A stretch of DNA of 64,000 bases. Origin: an uncultured candidate division Zixibacteria bacterium. GTDB lineage: Bacteria > Zixibacteria > MSB-5A5 > UBA10806 > 4484-95. The notes beneath the pieces were generated by a model that searched no databases, was not told where the DNA came from, and saw only the letters and a program-made list of their open reading frames with translations. The stretch is taken from positions 704,001 to 768,000 of the forward strand of contig CAXXKA010000008.1 in NCBI GenBank assembly GCA_963668625.2, written 5' to 3'. The translations under genes were made by a program, and so were the position numbers. Positions 1 to 10,080 of this stretch are shown here, piece after piece; position 1 is the stretch's first letter; each line of letters opens with the position of its first letter.

Positions 1-426
1 CGCTATTTGTCCGGTGTGATGGTACAAATGCGTGAGTGTCCTCATGATCACCTGTGCCGGTATTAGCATCTTCTCTTTATTACCCCAGGTAATCATTGGA
101 CGCGCGGTTGATAACTCTTCGGTGGTAGCGGATCGGAGGTAATCTTCAGCGATATCGTAAACTTGCTCGCGAAATATTTCCAGTGAATCTACGGTTTGAT
201 AATCATTCTCATCCATATCGACATCAATACGACCCAGTAATACTCCTATCCAGTATTTCTCCGCGCCTATTATATGATGTATCTGAATTCGTACAGTGGG
301 ATATCCGAACCCGCTTAGCTCCTTATTCAATTCCTCATCACTGAGTTGATTGCAATGCTGCAGCAAGGTTTTCAGGGTTTGATGAGATCGTTTATGGAAT
401 TCTTTTAATCCGTCCGAGGTGTACAT
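1..426 (-). CDS. DinB/YfiT family protein (3' end runs off the window)
   Basis: Hand translation from ATG at 426: MYTSDGLKEFHKRSHQTL...GFGYPTVRIQIHHIIGAEKYW...THLYHHTGQIA. It shows the DinB-type His pattern (H..GAE..W and H..HH.GQ). Not in the ORF track because it is truncated. Confidence 0.75.
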   Translation of the reverse strand, partial: MYTSDGLKEFHKRSHQTLKTLLQHCNQLSDEELNKELSGFGYPTVRIQIHHIIGAEKYWIGVLLGRIDVDMDENDYQTVDSLEIFREQVYDIAEDYLRSATTEELSTARPMITWGNKEKMLIPAQVIMRTLTHLYHHTGQIA

Positions 427-689
427 GTAAGCCATCCTTGAAACTAGTATTGTTAAATATCAATATATACCATGTAGATAGTAAATAAATATATTACTTT
501 TTTGTTCCAGAAATATGTCATTTGTCGGATCTCACGACTGCTAAGGCCGTGAATTACCCGGATGAACATTCATTACATCAACGAAGCTATTAGCTTCACT
601 GCATAGCTCCCGAAATAAATCAGATAAATTAAATGAATAATGTATCGATAATGTGAATAGATATGTTTTGCTTTCAATCGTAACCGGAG

Positions 690-1154
690 GTGGTAATGTA
701 TTCGATTAACGGTGTATCATCAACAATTGCCTTAACTGAAATCAATGCTCAATCTGTCAAATCCAGTAAAACTGCGTTAAATTCCCAAACCCCAATCGAG
801 AATGGTAGCGATGAGCTAATCTGGTGTCAGCTTGGCAGAGAATACGATGTGCACGATATCAACACGGAACAAAGAGCCGCGCTTTCCCAAAAGCTATATG
901 ATGCAGGCCAAATTTCCCTGGCTGACCATGCTATACTATCTTTCGATGGCGAACGTAATTTGCCATCAGGGAGCACGTTTTTAACCGAACCTACAAGCAA
1001 CGGTGGTTATGATATTATTTCCGAATTCAAGGCGCGAATCGAACTGGACAAGCAAATGAACAACGAGCAGAACGCCCAAAACAATCAGCGCATTCTCGAC
1101 ATTTTAAACCATCTGGAAAGCGCAGCCGCCAAACCTATAGAGATTGTAGCATGA
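690..1154 (+). CDS. hypothetical protein
   Basis: 154-aa ORF with GGAGG near the start; no recognised motif. Confidence 0.6.
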   Translation: MVMYSINGVSSTIALTEINAQSVKSSKTALNSQTPIENGSDELIWCQLGREYDVHDINTEQRAALSQKLYDAGQISLADHAILSFDGERNLPSGSTFLTEPTSNGGYDIISEFKARIELDKQMNNEQNAQNNQRILDILNHLESAAAKPIEIVA

Positions 1155-1407
1155 TAGATCAAGTCCACTCGGGACTTGACTGACCCGCACAGGTGATTGC
1201 AAACGTGACATATATGATATAACAGTGCGTATGGTTAATTCGTTAGCTGGTCGCTTCCGGATGAACCTTTTGCGTCTCGATATTTTAAACATGAAATAAA
1301 ATGGCGAATGACATGTGTGATCCAATTTCCCTAAACAGAATATTTTCGGTAACCAAATCACGACAATCTTCGTATTACCTGAAGAATATAAAAGATATGA
1401 GGTGTAA

Positions 1408-2325
1408 ATGAATCCAGGTTTAATACGGACAATGCTAACAGTCTTCATACTGCTGACAACCGGTGTCACTTATGTTTTCACTGATGAAATACGTAAAGAT
1501 GATTCTATTCCGGTTGAGTTCGAGTCGATCCTCGATAGCGATGGTATCGATAAAGCGGTTGAATTTCTTCAAACGAAGCAAAATTCGCTGCCGTCAGATA
1601 GCCTGCTTGATATCAGCGGTATGATAGAAAAATCAGTGTCGGAGTTCTCTGATGGCGACAGGCAATTCGGCATCGATATGATGCTGGCGCTCGGTGAATT
1701 TCGGCCCGAGAATGTCTCGGTTAACTCGGTTTTAGGGCAATTTTTCTGGTATGAGGATGATCGGGATAATTGTATCAAGTATTTTAAGAAAACGCTCGAG
1801 CTTGATCCTGAGCATCGCGAGGCAAAGATCTACATGAAAAGGCTGTTTTTCGTGCCGGATGATTTTGTGCCGCCTCAGAAATTTGAGACCAAACGATATA
1901 CGATCATGCCGATCAAGGAATCCCACGCGCATCTCGATTTTGAGGCGTTGAAAGGCAGCGTCGAGCATCTGCAGGGCACTTTCGGGCCCGGCGATACCTG
2001 GCCCGCTGAGGTCACCATTGAGGAGAATATCGAGGTGCTGGGCTGGCACGAGCAGGAGTTTGCCAAACGCATAGGGTTTGTCTATACCGTGATGAATCAT
2101 GACGAGACCAAAGTGCTTGGCTGCATTTATATCTACCCCTCGCGCCTGGATAGTTACGATGCCGAGTCGATATGCTGGGTAACCAAAGCGGAGTACGACC
2201 TCGGCATGGATTCGGTGCTATATAATGATCTTCAAACCTGGCTTACTAAGGATTGGCCTTTCGAGAAGGTAGTATACCCCGGCCGCTCGATAGACTGGGC
2301 GGAGTTTTTAGATAAGATACAGTAG
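1408..2325 (+). CDS. secreted TPR plus GNAT-like acetyltransferase domain protein
   Basis: Signal-peptide-like N-terminus, a TPR-like segment (YFKKTLELDPEH), then FVPDDFVPP...FVYTVMNHDETKVLGCIYIYP...WPFEKVVYPGR resembling a GNAT subfamily. RBS GAGG. Confidence 0.6.
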   Translation: MNPGLIRTMLTVFILLTTGVTYVFTDEIRKDDSIPVEFESILDSDGIDKAVEFLQTKQNSLPSDSLLDISGMIEKSVSEFSDGDRQFGIDMMLALGEFRPENVSVNSVLGQFFWYEDDRDNCIKYFKKTLELDPEHREAKIYMKRLFFVPDDFVPPQKFETKRYTIMPIKESHAHLDFEALKGSVEHLQGTFGPGDTWPAEVTIEENIEVLGWHEQEFAKRIGFVYTVMNHDETKVLGCIYIYPSRLDSYDAESICWVTKAEYDLGMDSVLYNDLQTWLTKDWPFEKVVYPGRSIDWAEFLDKIQ

Positions 2326-2597
2326 GTCACGCGCATTCGTGGATCAACCCGTTACGATTAACGATGGCAGTTATTGCGTGGTAGCGGAGCGGACGAAGCA
2401 ATCTGTAAGATTGTGGTAGTAGTGTGTTTGCTATACTGGGGCTGGAGTTTTTTGGGGGAATTACAAAAAATTATACTTGACTTTGATACTTATATTAATG
2501 ATTTTATAGTGGTTTTGGTCAATTAGTTTAGGCCTATTTTTTACCAAATATATCTGTTAAACATCTTAAATGTGGAAAAGGATTTAGGAAGTATTTT

Positions 2598-4409
2598 ATG
2601 AAAGGTAATCCATTTCAAGATACAAATCCTGATATTGATAATAATAGTTTTTTAAGAACACCTCAACGTGAGGCATTTAAATCAATATCTAGTCTAGAAA
2701 ATGATCAAAAATCGCCAAGAGAAGTAGGAATAGTAATGCCTGTTGGTTGTGGTAAATCCGGATGTATTACTCTTGCGCCTTTCGCGTTACATTCAATGCG
2801 TACTTTAGTCGTAGCACCAAATATAAATATAGCTAAACAGTTAATGGGTGATTTTGATCCTGCAAATCAAAATATGTTTTATATTAAATGTGAAATCATT
2901 GAAAAGCCACCTTATCCAGAACCGGTAGAAATAAGAGGTCGGAGTTCAAATTTATCTGATTTAGAAGAATCAGATGTAGTTGTCACTAATATTCAACAAT
3001 TGCAGGGAGAAAATAATAGATGGCTCCAGCAATTGCCACCTGACTTTTTTGATTTAATTCTATTCGATGAAGCGCACCACAATGTGGCTTCGAGCTGGGA
3101 GGTTTTAAGAAAAAGTTTCCCTGATGCGCGTATTATTAATTTTAGCGCTACTCCTCAAAGAGCTGATGGACAGCTTATGACAGGGGCCATTATCTATTCG
3201 TATCCATTATTTCAAGCTATACAAGAAGGTTATGTAAAAAGATTAAAAGCAATTGTTCTTAATCCAGCAACATTAAAGTATGTTAGGAGAGAAGACCAAC
3301 AAGAAATTGAAGTATCTTTGCCGGAAGTTTATCGATTAGGAGAACAAGATTCTGGTTTTAGAAGGAGTATTGTTACATCACAAGAAACTTTGTCTACTAT
3401 TGTTGATGCTTCTATAAGGGAATTAGATAGAATTCGAGAAGAGACTTCTGAAAAAAGGCATAAAATTATTGCATCAGCTTTAAACTATGAACATTGCATA
3501 CAGATAGTGGAATGTTATCGATCAAAGGGAAAACGAGTTGGATATGTACATAGCCGTGAAGGTTCCGCTATAAATGATGAGGTTTATCAGAAATTGGAAA
3601 ACCATGAAATTGATGTAATCGTTCAAGTTAAAAAACTTGGTGAAGGTTTTGATCATCCGTATTTATCAGTTGCTGCTGTATTTAGCATATTTAGGTCGTT
3701 ATCTCCGTTTGTCCAATTTGTTGGAAGGATTATGAGAGTTATTGCTCATGGAGATCCAAGTAATATTCAAAATCAAGGTTCCGTTGTTTTTCATGCTGGC
3801 GCAAATGTCGCGAGAAGATGGGAAGATTTTCAAACATTTAGTCAAGCCGATCAAGAATATTTTGATCAGTTGTTGCCTATTGTAGGCTTAGATTTTTCCT
3901 CAGCATCGGAAATAGAGATAAATCCTGATAGTACTCATCAAATAATACCCTCTAATCAATTTGAAGTGAATTCTCAAACATCTATTTATCTTCAGGAAAT
4001 ACCTTTATTATCTCAAGATGTTGAAGCTCAAAGAGCTTTTGAGCTTTTGCGTTCAAGAGGGTTTACAGTAGATGATTATAAGCGTGCTCTTGAATTGCAG
4101 CCTGTGCCTACAACGCGTGTACGTGAACGACAAGCCAAAAGACATACCCTTGATGATAATATTAAAACAGCCACCGGGAAAATACTTGCGGAACGGAAGA
4201 TTAATCCAGGTGGCTTTGATTTAGATAATAATCATTTAGGAAGAACGAATTTTGTAATATTAAAATCAGCAATTGATAAAAAAATAAATAACTTTGTTAA
4301 TAGGCCTAGCAACCAAAGGAGCGAGTTTTCTAGGCAAGAACTTGATTTAATTAATGAAAACTTTGAAAATCTAATTAACGAGATAATATCGGAGTTGTTT
4401 GATGGCTAG
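2598..4409 (+). CDS. SF2 DEAD/DEAH-box helicase (ResIII-like)
   Basis: Q motif (LRTPQREA), Walker A MPVGCGKS, FDEAHH, SATP, EGFDHP, QFVGRIMR. AT-rich relative to its neighbours. Confidence 0.85.
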   Translation: MKGNPFQDTNPDIDNNSFLRTPQREAFKSISSLENDQKSPREVGIVMPVGCGKSGCITLAPFALHSMRTLVVAPNINIAKQLMGDFDPANQNMFYIKCEIIEKPPYPEPVEIRGRSSNLSDLEESDVVVTNIQQLQGENNRWLQQLPPDFFDLILFDEAHHNVASSWEVLRKSFPDARIINFSATPQRADGQLMTGAIIYSYPLFQAIQEGYVKRLKAIVLNPATLKYVRREDQQEIEVSLPEVYRLGEQDSGFRRSIVTSQETLSTIVDASIRELDRIREETSEKRHKIIASALNYEHCIQIVECYRSKGKRVGYVHSREGSAINDEVYQKLENHEIDVIVQVKKLGEGFDHPYLSVAAVFSIFRSLSPFVQFVGRIMRVIAHGDPSNIQNQGSVVFHAGANVARRWEDFQTFSQADQEYFDQLLPIVGLDFSSASEIEINPDSTHQIIPSNQFEVNSQTSIYLQEIPLLSQDVEAQRAFELLRSRGFTVDDYKRALELQPVPTTRVRERQAKRHTLDDNIKTATGKILAERKINPGGFDLDNNHLGRTNFVILKSAIDKKINNFVNRPSNQRSEFSRQELDLINENFENLINEIISELFDG

Positions 4410-4629
4410 GCATAAATCTTTTCTTAAGAATATTAAGGTTGACATTGTACAAAAAGCACATAATTGCCAGCATAATTCCTCACATCGATTAGAGAAAGGG
4501 ATGAAAAGGTTAAAGCTATCACACTCAGGTCAGCGTTCACCAGAACATTTCTGTAAATCTTGTGCAATTGAAGGATTGAATCAAGATCTTAAGAAAATAG
4601 AAAAAATACTAGATGAACTTGAGTCATAA
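4402..4629 (+). CDS. small Cys/His-rich protein, putative Zn-binding, coupled to the helicase
   Basis: ATG at 4402 overlaps the helicase stop. HNCQHNSSH and HFCKSC motifs; same AT-rich composition. Confidence 0.7.
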   Translation: MARHKSFLKNIKVDIVQKAHNCQHNSSHRLEKGMKRLKLSHSGQRSPEHFCKSCAIEGLNQDLKKIEKILDELES

Positions 4630-4710
4630 TTATTTTACATCTTCTAGAACAAAAGAAACAACACCTTAAAAATCCGCCCCGTTAATATGTAAACGCGGGT
4701 TAGTCTTCGG

Positions 4711-6111
4711 CTACGGCAGCACCTTCCCGGGATTCAACACCCCCTTCGGATCAAACACGTTCTTTATCCCGCGCATCAGATCCAGCTCGGTCTCCGAGCA
4801 GGCTATTTTCAGATACTCTTTCTGTACCCAGCCTATGCCGTGCTCACCCGATATCGTGCCGCCTAATTTTACCACCTCCGTAAACAGCTCTGCAATCGCT
4901 TTGGGCAGCTCGTTACGCCAGCGCTCCTCGGTGATATCTTTCTTGATGATATTGCAGTGGATGTTGCCATCCCCGGCATGGCCGTAGCTTATGGTGGTTA
5001 TATTATGACGTTCCGATATCTCCTTGATCTTCTCGACTAACTCCGGCAGTTTGGAACGCGGGACGACCGTGTCCTCCTCCTTGTACGGCGCTATCGATTT
5101 TACCGCCTCGCCTATTTTGCGACGGGTATCCCATAGCTCGGCCTGCTTGGTGGGGTTATCGGCTATGAAGACATCAATGGCGTTACCCTCCAGGCATATC
5201 TCCCCGATATGCTCGGCCTGCTGCTCCAGAAGGTCCGGGTAGTTGCCATCGATTTCTAAAAGCAGTAACGCCGCCGAATCGGAGTAAGGAAACTTGCGCT
5301 CGAACTTGTCCTCAGCCGCTTTGATCGCCCGCTGCTCGATGAACTCCGCCGCCGAGGGGACTATGCGGTTGACGAATATCTGCGTTAATGTCTGGGCCGC
5401 CTCCTTGAGCGAGTTAAACGGTACCAGCATCGTTTGTACATATTTGGGTTTGGCGATGACTTTCAGCGTTATTTCCGTGACCACAGCCAGGGTGCCCTCG
5501 GCTCCCACCAGAAGCTGCACCAGGTTGTAGCCAGAGACGTTTTTCAGTAGCTTGCCGCCGGAGGAGAATATACGGCCATCTGGAAGTACTGCTTTAAGGC
5601 CATACACGTAATCCTTGGTGACACCATATTTGACAGCGCGCGGCCCGCCGGAGTTTTCGGCGATATTGCCGCCTATGAGGCACGATTCTTTCGAGGCCGG
5701 ATCGACCGGGTAGAACAGGCCCTGCTCCTCGAGCGTGTCCTGCAGCACTTTCACTATGACGCCCGGCTGCGTTACCACCATCATGTTGTCAACATCTATT
5801 TCAAGTATCCGATTAAGCCGCTCGAGGGAGAGCACCACGCCGCCGTAAACAGGCAGCGCCCCGCCGGAAAGCCCGGTACCGCCGCCGCGAGGGGTGACCG
5901 GAATAGTATGCTCGTTGCAGAGTTTCAGTATTGCCGAGATCTGATCGGTATCAGCGGGCTTGACCGCGACCTCGGGCCAGTACTTGAGGTCCTCGGTTTC
6001 ATCGTGAGAGTATGGTTCTATATCGAACTTTTCTGTCAGGACATAGTCATTCCCGACAATTGCTTTGAGTTTAGTGAGGATCTCATTGTCTATTTTATTA
6101 AACTCTGTCAT
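4711..6111 (-). CDS. glcD: FAD-linked oxidase, glycolate oxidase GlcD/D-lactate dehydrogenase family
   Basis: PRGGGTGLSGG, PVDPAS, GGPRAVKYGVT, GHAGDGNIH, SGEHGIG, DPKGVLNPGK. Start placed at the ATG after AAAGGGA. Confidence 0.85.
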   Translation of the reverse strand: MTEFNKIDNEILTKLKAIVGNDYVLTEKFDIEPYSHDETEDLKYWPEVAVKPADTDQISAILKLCNEHTIPVTPRGGGTGLSGGALPVYGGVVLSLERLNRILEIDVDNMMVVTQPGVIVKVLQDTLEEQGLFYPVDPASKESCLIGGNIAENSGGPRAVKYGVTKDYVYGLKAVLPDGRIFSSGGKLLKNVSGYNLVQLLVGAEGTLAVVTEITLKVIAKPKYVQTMLVPFNSLKEAAQTLTQIFVNRIVPSAAEFIEQRAIKAAEDKFERKFPYSDSAALLLLEIDGNYPDLLEQQAEHIGEICLEGNAIDVFIADNPTKQAELWDTRRKIGEAVKSIAPYKEEDTVVPRSKLPELVEKIKEISERHNITTISYGHAGDGNIHCNIIKKDITEERWRNELPKAIAELFTEVVKLGGTISGEHGIGWVQKEYLKIACSETELDLMRGIKNVFDPKGVLNPGKVLP

Positions 6112-6244
6112 ACTAGTTCCCTTTGTTAACATTTATCCTCAATAATATGTTTTCCGGGGCTTAAATCAAATAAAAATTGAATCATACCCTTTATTAATAT
6201 ATATTTAGCGCTTAAAATATTTAAAGTATTTACAAGGAGGAGTG

Positions 6245-7207
6245 ATGAGAAAATCAGTAGTAATATTCACGTTATTTGCCCTGCTAGCTATGTTCGCTAT
6301 GGCGCAGGCGGATGTTATCGTGAAACAGGAGGCCAAATCCAGCGCTATGGGCATGATGGAGATGGAGATCAAAACCGTCGAGTATGTCCGTGCCGATATG
6401 AGCGCCTCGGAGCAGACAACCCTGGCCAAAGGGGGGATGGCTGTAATGTTCGGTGGCGCCGACAAAGAGATCAAAAATGTCATGGTGAACCGTCTCGATA
6501 AGGGTGTCATGTGGGATATCAACATCGATGAGAAATCTTATTTCGAAACCCGCTTGGACTCGTATAAAGAGATGATCGGTGGGGATGATGAAGATGCTTA
6601 CACCGATGAAGATGAAATAGATGAGGAGGACGATTACGAGTGGACCGTAGATATCCAGACCAAAGACAAACCTGTTGATATTAACGGTTTCTCCTGCAAA
6701 GGCTATATCGCCACTGCTAAAGGTGTCAGCAAGAAAGATCCCAACGAAAAAAGCGAGCTTTATTTCGAATACTGGTATTCCAACGATGTTGAGGGCTATG
6801 ACGAGTTAAAGGAATACGGTGAAAATTTCGCCAAGATCACCGGTGTGGATTTGGTAGAGTCGCAGAAAGAAACCGGGAAAGTATTCAGCCAGTACGGTGA
6901 TGAGTTCTCCAAGATATTCGAGAAGATGGGCGATGCCGACGGCTACCCGATCAAGACCGTAGTTACTGTCAAAGGCGCCGGCGGTGATACGCCCTCTATG
7001 GATGAAGAGGAGATGGACGAAAGCAAGATGCCGGCCGGTGTGATGAATATGATGAAGGGCATGATGGGCGGCAAGGATAAATCCGAGGACGGTATGGCCA
7101 CGCTTTTTTCAGTCACTAATGTAGTGACAAGTATCGAGAAAAAGGGTGTTGAGGACGGCAAATTCGAGATCCCCGAGGGATTCGAGAAAGAATCTTCCAG
7201 ATACTAA
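6245..7207 (+). CDS. secreted DUF4412-like protein
   Basis: AGGAGG RBS and signal peptide (AMAQA). Motifs RLDKGVMWDIN, INGFSCKGY, GYPIKT, FEIPEGF. Confidence 0.7.
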   Translation: MRKSVVIFTLFALLAMFAMAQADVIVKQEAKSSAMGMMEMEIKTVEYVRADMSASEQTTLAKGGMAVMFGGADKEIKNVMVNRLDKGVMWDINIDEKSYFETRLDSYKEMIGGDDEDAYTDEDEIDEEDDYEWTVDIQTKDKPVDINGFSCKGYIATAKGVSKKDPNEKSELYFEYWYSNDVEGYDELKEYGENFAKITGVDLVESQKETGKVFSQYGDEFSKIFEKMGDADGYPIKTVVTVKGAGGDTPSMDEEEMDESKMPAGVMNMMKGMMGGKDKSEDGMATLFSVTNVVTSIEKKGVEDGKFEIPEGFEKESSRY

Positions 7208-7231
7208 TATTAGTTCGAGATAGAATTAAAC

Positions 7232-7263
7232 AGCCGGTTCAACATCAGATCCGGCTTTTTTTA
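7232..7263 (+). terminator. intrinsic terminator
   Basis: AGCCGG...CCGGCT stem followed by a T run. Confidence 0.6.
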
Positions 7264-7299
7264 TTGTAGAAATCGTGGCGATTGATTATATCATCAGCC

Positions 7300-8487
7300 A
7301 TGCTAACGGTTAAGCTTAAAAATGGCCGCGAGAAATCGGTGCGTAATTTTCATCCCTGGCTTTTCTCCGGGGCTATAGGTAAAGTCGAGGGGAGGCCCTC
7401 ACCGGGCGAGATAGTGCGCATTGCCGATAGCGGTAACAATTTCCTGGCCTATGGTTATTATAATCACAAACCGCAAATTACCGTCAGGATTCTGGAGTGG
7501 GCCGAAACTGCCATAATTGATGATACCTGGTGGTATGATAAAATCGCCGAGTCCATTGCTCGTAGAAATAAACTGGCGAGTGAGAAATCAACCGATTCAT
7601 ATCGCTTAGTCCATGCCGAGTGTGACAGACTGCCCGGACTAATCGTTGATAAATACTCGGATCGTATCGTGGTGCAATCCTCAACCGCCGGAGTAGACAG
7701 AGCTAAGGATGCTATCGTTAAATCATTGGTCGAACTTCTGAGCCCGGCCTGTATCTTCGAACGCAGTGATATGGAGACACGTAAGCTGGAGGGATTAAAA
7801 GAATCCTCAGGATTATTATATGGTGATAAGATGCCTGAAGAATTGATTATCCGGGAAAACGGATTAAAATTCGCAGTCGATATCGCCAGTGGGCAGAAAA
7901 CAGGTTTCTATCTGGATCAGCGGGCAAATCGTAGAAAAGTAGCCGAGCATGTTGCCGGGCTTGATATCCTCGATTGCTTCAGCCATACCGGGGCTTTTTC
8001 GGTTTATGCCTTAAAAGCAGAAGCCCGCTCAGTGACCCTTCTTGACAGCTCTAAGGCTAGCCTCGCACTGGCTCGTCGTAATATCGAATTAAATGATTTC
8101 ACCGGCGACCGAGCGGATTATATCGCCGGGGATGCTTTCGAAATTCTGAGACGATTCCGGGAGCAGGGTAGAAAGTTCGATATGGTAATACTTGATCCGC
8201 CTAAATTCGCCGCCAGTCGGAGCAATCTAAAGAAAGCCCTTACCGGTTATAAAGATATAAATATGTTGGGTATAGACCTGCTCAAGCCGGGCGGCTATCT
8301 CGCCAGTTATTCCTGCTCCTCAGCAGTTGATTACGAAACATTGAAACTGGTGTTATTCTGGGCTGCGATCGATACCGGCAGAATTCTCCAAATACATCAC
8401 GATTTTTCTCAGGGGGATGATCATCCCCGATTAGCCTCATTCCCTGAGGGGACATATCTTAAAGGATTTGGCTGCCGGGCGTTATAA
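7300..8487 (+). CDS. rlmI: RlmI-family 23S rRNA m5C1962 methyltransferase
   Basis: HPWLFSGAI (PUA domain), LPGLIVDKY, GQKTGFYLDQR, ILDPPKF, SCS, FPEGTYLK. Confidence 0.85.
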   Translation: MLTVKLKNGREKSVRNFHPWLFSGAIGKVEGRPSPGEIVRIADSGNNFLAYGYYNHKPQITVRILEWAETAIIDDTWWYDKIAESIARRNKLASEKSTDSYRLVHAECDRLPGLIVDKYSDRIVVQSSTAGVDRAKDAIVKSLVELLSPACIFERSDMETRKLEGLKESSGLLYGDKMPEELIIRENGLKFAVDIASGQKTGFYLDQRANRRKVAEHVAGLDILDCFSHTGAFSVYALKAEARSVTLLDSSKASLALARRNIELNDFTGDRADYIAGDAFEILRRFREQGRKFDMVILDPPKFAASRSNLKKALTGYKDINMLGIDLLKPGGYLASYSCSSAVDYETLKLVLFWAAIDTGRILQIHHDFSQGDDHPRLASFPEGTYLKGFGCRAL

Positions 8488-9005
8488 TAATTGGTTTGTA
8501 AAAAACTAAAATTGATCCGTGGCTGGAGTACATCCTGAGATTGTACCAAAAGGTCATTGCTAGTTTTCTACTGGCTTGGTTGTATGAACTCGCGCAAGAA
8601 CAGGCCACTCACCTGTCCGAACTTCCGCATATGAATCATCAGCCAATAGCCCTCATCATCCGTACAGCACTGGTATGACTGGTCCTTCATCCTCTTTCAT
8701 TGATATTTTTGAGACAGCCTCTCCTTGTCCGCCGGCGTTATTTATCAGGCATACCGATTGAGGTACGAGAACATACCCGAACTTCAACCAGGCCATCCCG
8801 GGTATATCCGGGATCTGTTCTTAGTCAGCCAATCGTCAATTTACCAGATAGTTTCTAAATAATAATAATCATTACTGATATGAATTGGCTAACTTATTAA
8901 TACTACAAAAATTATATGAGTATTATGATAAATTTATCATAAAGGCGGAACCGATTATTTTGACAATCAGTTTCAACTAATGAACAAGATAAAAGGGGAA
9001 ACATC

Positions 9006-9098
9006 ATGAGCAAACAGGAAAGAAGAAATACGTTTTATCAATCATTTGGAATTATCACCCTGATAGCCTTTATCGCCGCCGGTATCGTTATCAGTTAA
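9006..9098 (+). CDS. 30-aa single-pass membrane small protein (not in the ORF track)
   Basis: AAAGGGG RBS; translation MSKQERRNTFYQSFGIITLIAFIAAGIVIS*; terminator downstream. Confidence 0.5.
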   Translation: MSKQERRNTFYQSFGIITLIAFIAAGIVIS

Positions 9099-9189
9099 GG
9101 CGTATCGGGTTAAATAAAATTACGCCCTGGTTAGTGTGTGGTGTTATTAACCAGATGATGGGTTTGAATAGTCGGTGGTTCAAGCCCCT

Positions 9190-9224
9190 GGGCTCCTGAC
9201 TCCTGCCAGGAGCCCCATTTTTTT
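9190..9224 (+). terminator. intrinsic terminator
   Basis: GGGCTCCTG-loop-CAGGAGCCC followed by a T run. Confidence 0.65.
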
Positions 9225-9350
9225 GCATATTAAATTGTGCGCTGCACAAAAAAATAAAACAATCATGAATATTTCCCGTATTTATGGGTAAAGATATAAA
9301 GACATTAAAGCTAAACAAGCAGATACTTTGAACCTGGATAAAGGAGGAAA

Positions 9351-9569
9351 GTGATGGCAAAAAAACTAGAGCGTTCATTGGACGATAAAATGGTCGCCGG
9401 TGTATGCGGTGGAATAGGCGAGTATTTCGATATCGATCCCACGATTGTTCGTTTGTTGTGGGTAGCGTTATCGCTGGCATTCGGCGGTGGTATTATCGCT
9501 TATATAATAGCCTGGCTGATAGTACCCGAGGAGAGCCGGGTGGAGATAGTAGAGGAAAACGGTATATAA
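9351..9569 (+). CDS. pspC: PspC domain protein
   Basis: [30 protein letters not shown]...YIIAWLIVP; AGGAGG RBS. Confidence 0.9.
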   Translation: MMAKKLERSLDDKMVAGVCGGIGEYFDIDPTIVRLLWVALSLAFGGGIIAYIIAWLIVPEESRVEIVEENGI

Positions 9570-10080
9570 AACCGGGGATAATAATTCCACCTCGGTAAGC
9601 GGATGCAACAGTTTCGACTTTGAGTTTGATTCATGTAATTCTGAATTCGATTCTATCTGGTATACAGCTATGGATAATCCATTAGGAAAAGTGACTCGGC
9701 CGCCTTTAAAGCATCGATAGTCAAGAAACCGAGTATCTCCACTTTCAACTACCGGGAGGTGGTACAGCTTGATGTAAAACAAGCCGGATTTACATATCGT
9801 ACGATCATCCATATGGGAATTCGTGAAAATGTTTATTAACAAAGCCGTCAGTGTTATATGGCATAAGGTAATTTTCTAGAGTTTTTAAATTACCCTAGAA
9901 AACGAGGAAATAATCATAATTACCAAATCTAAACCGTAATATCTTATTGGCTATTAATATCATTTTAAATACATATCATAGAAAACCGTAAGATTTACCT
10001 TGCTATAATTATAACCTCTCATTAATTAAATTATCAAAATGTCGTAAAAATAATATACCTTAAAAAACCGAGGGGGAACA

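Noticed and set aside
8520-8830. IS end (TTTTTGAGACAGCCTC at 8706-8721) or a gene remnant on the minus strand
   Set aside because: No matching second end, no transposase, and only short broken frames that I cannot assign.
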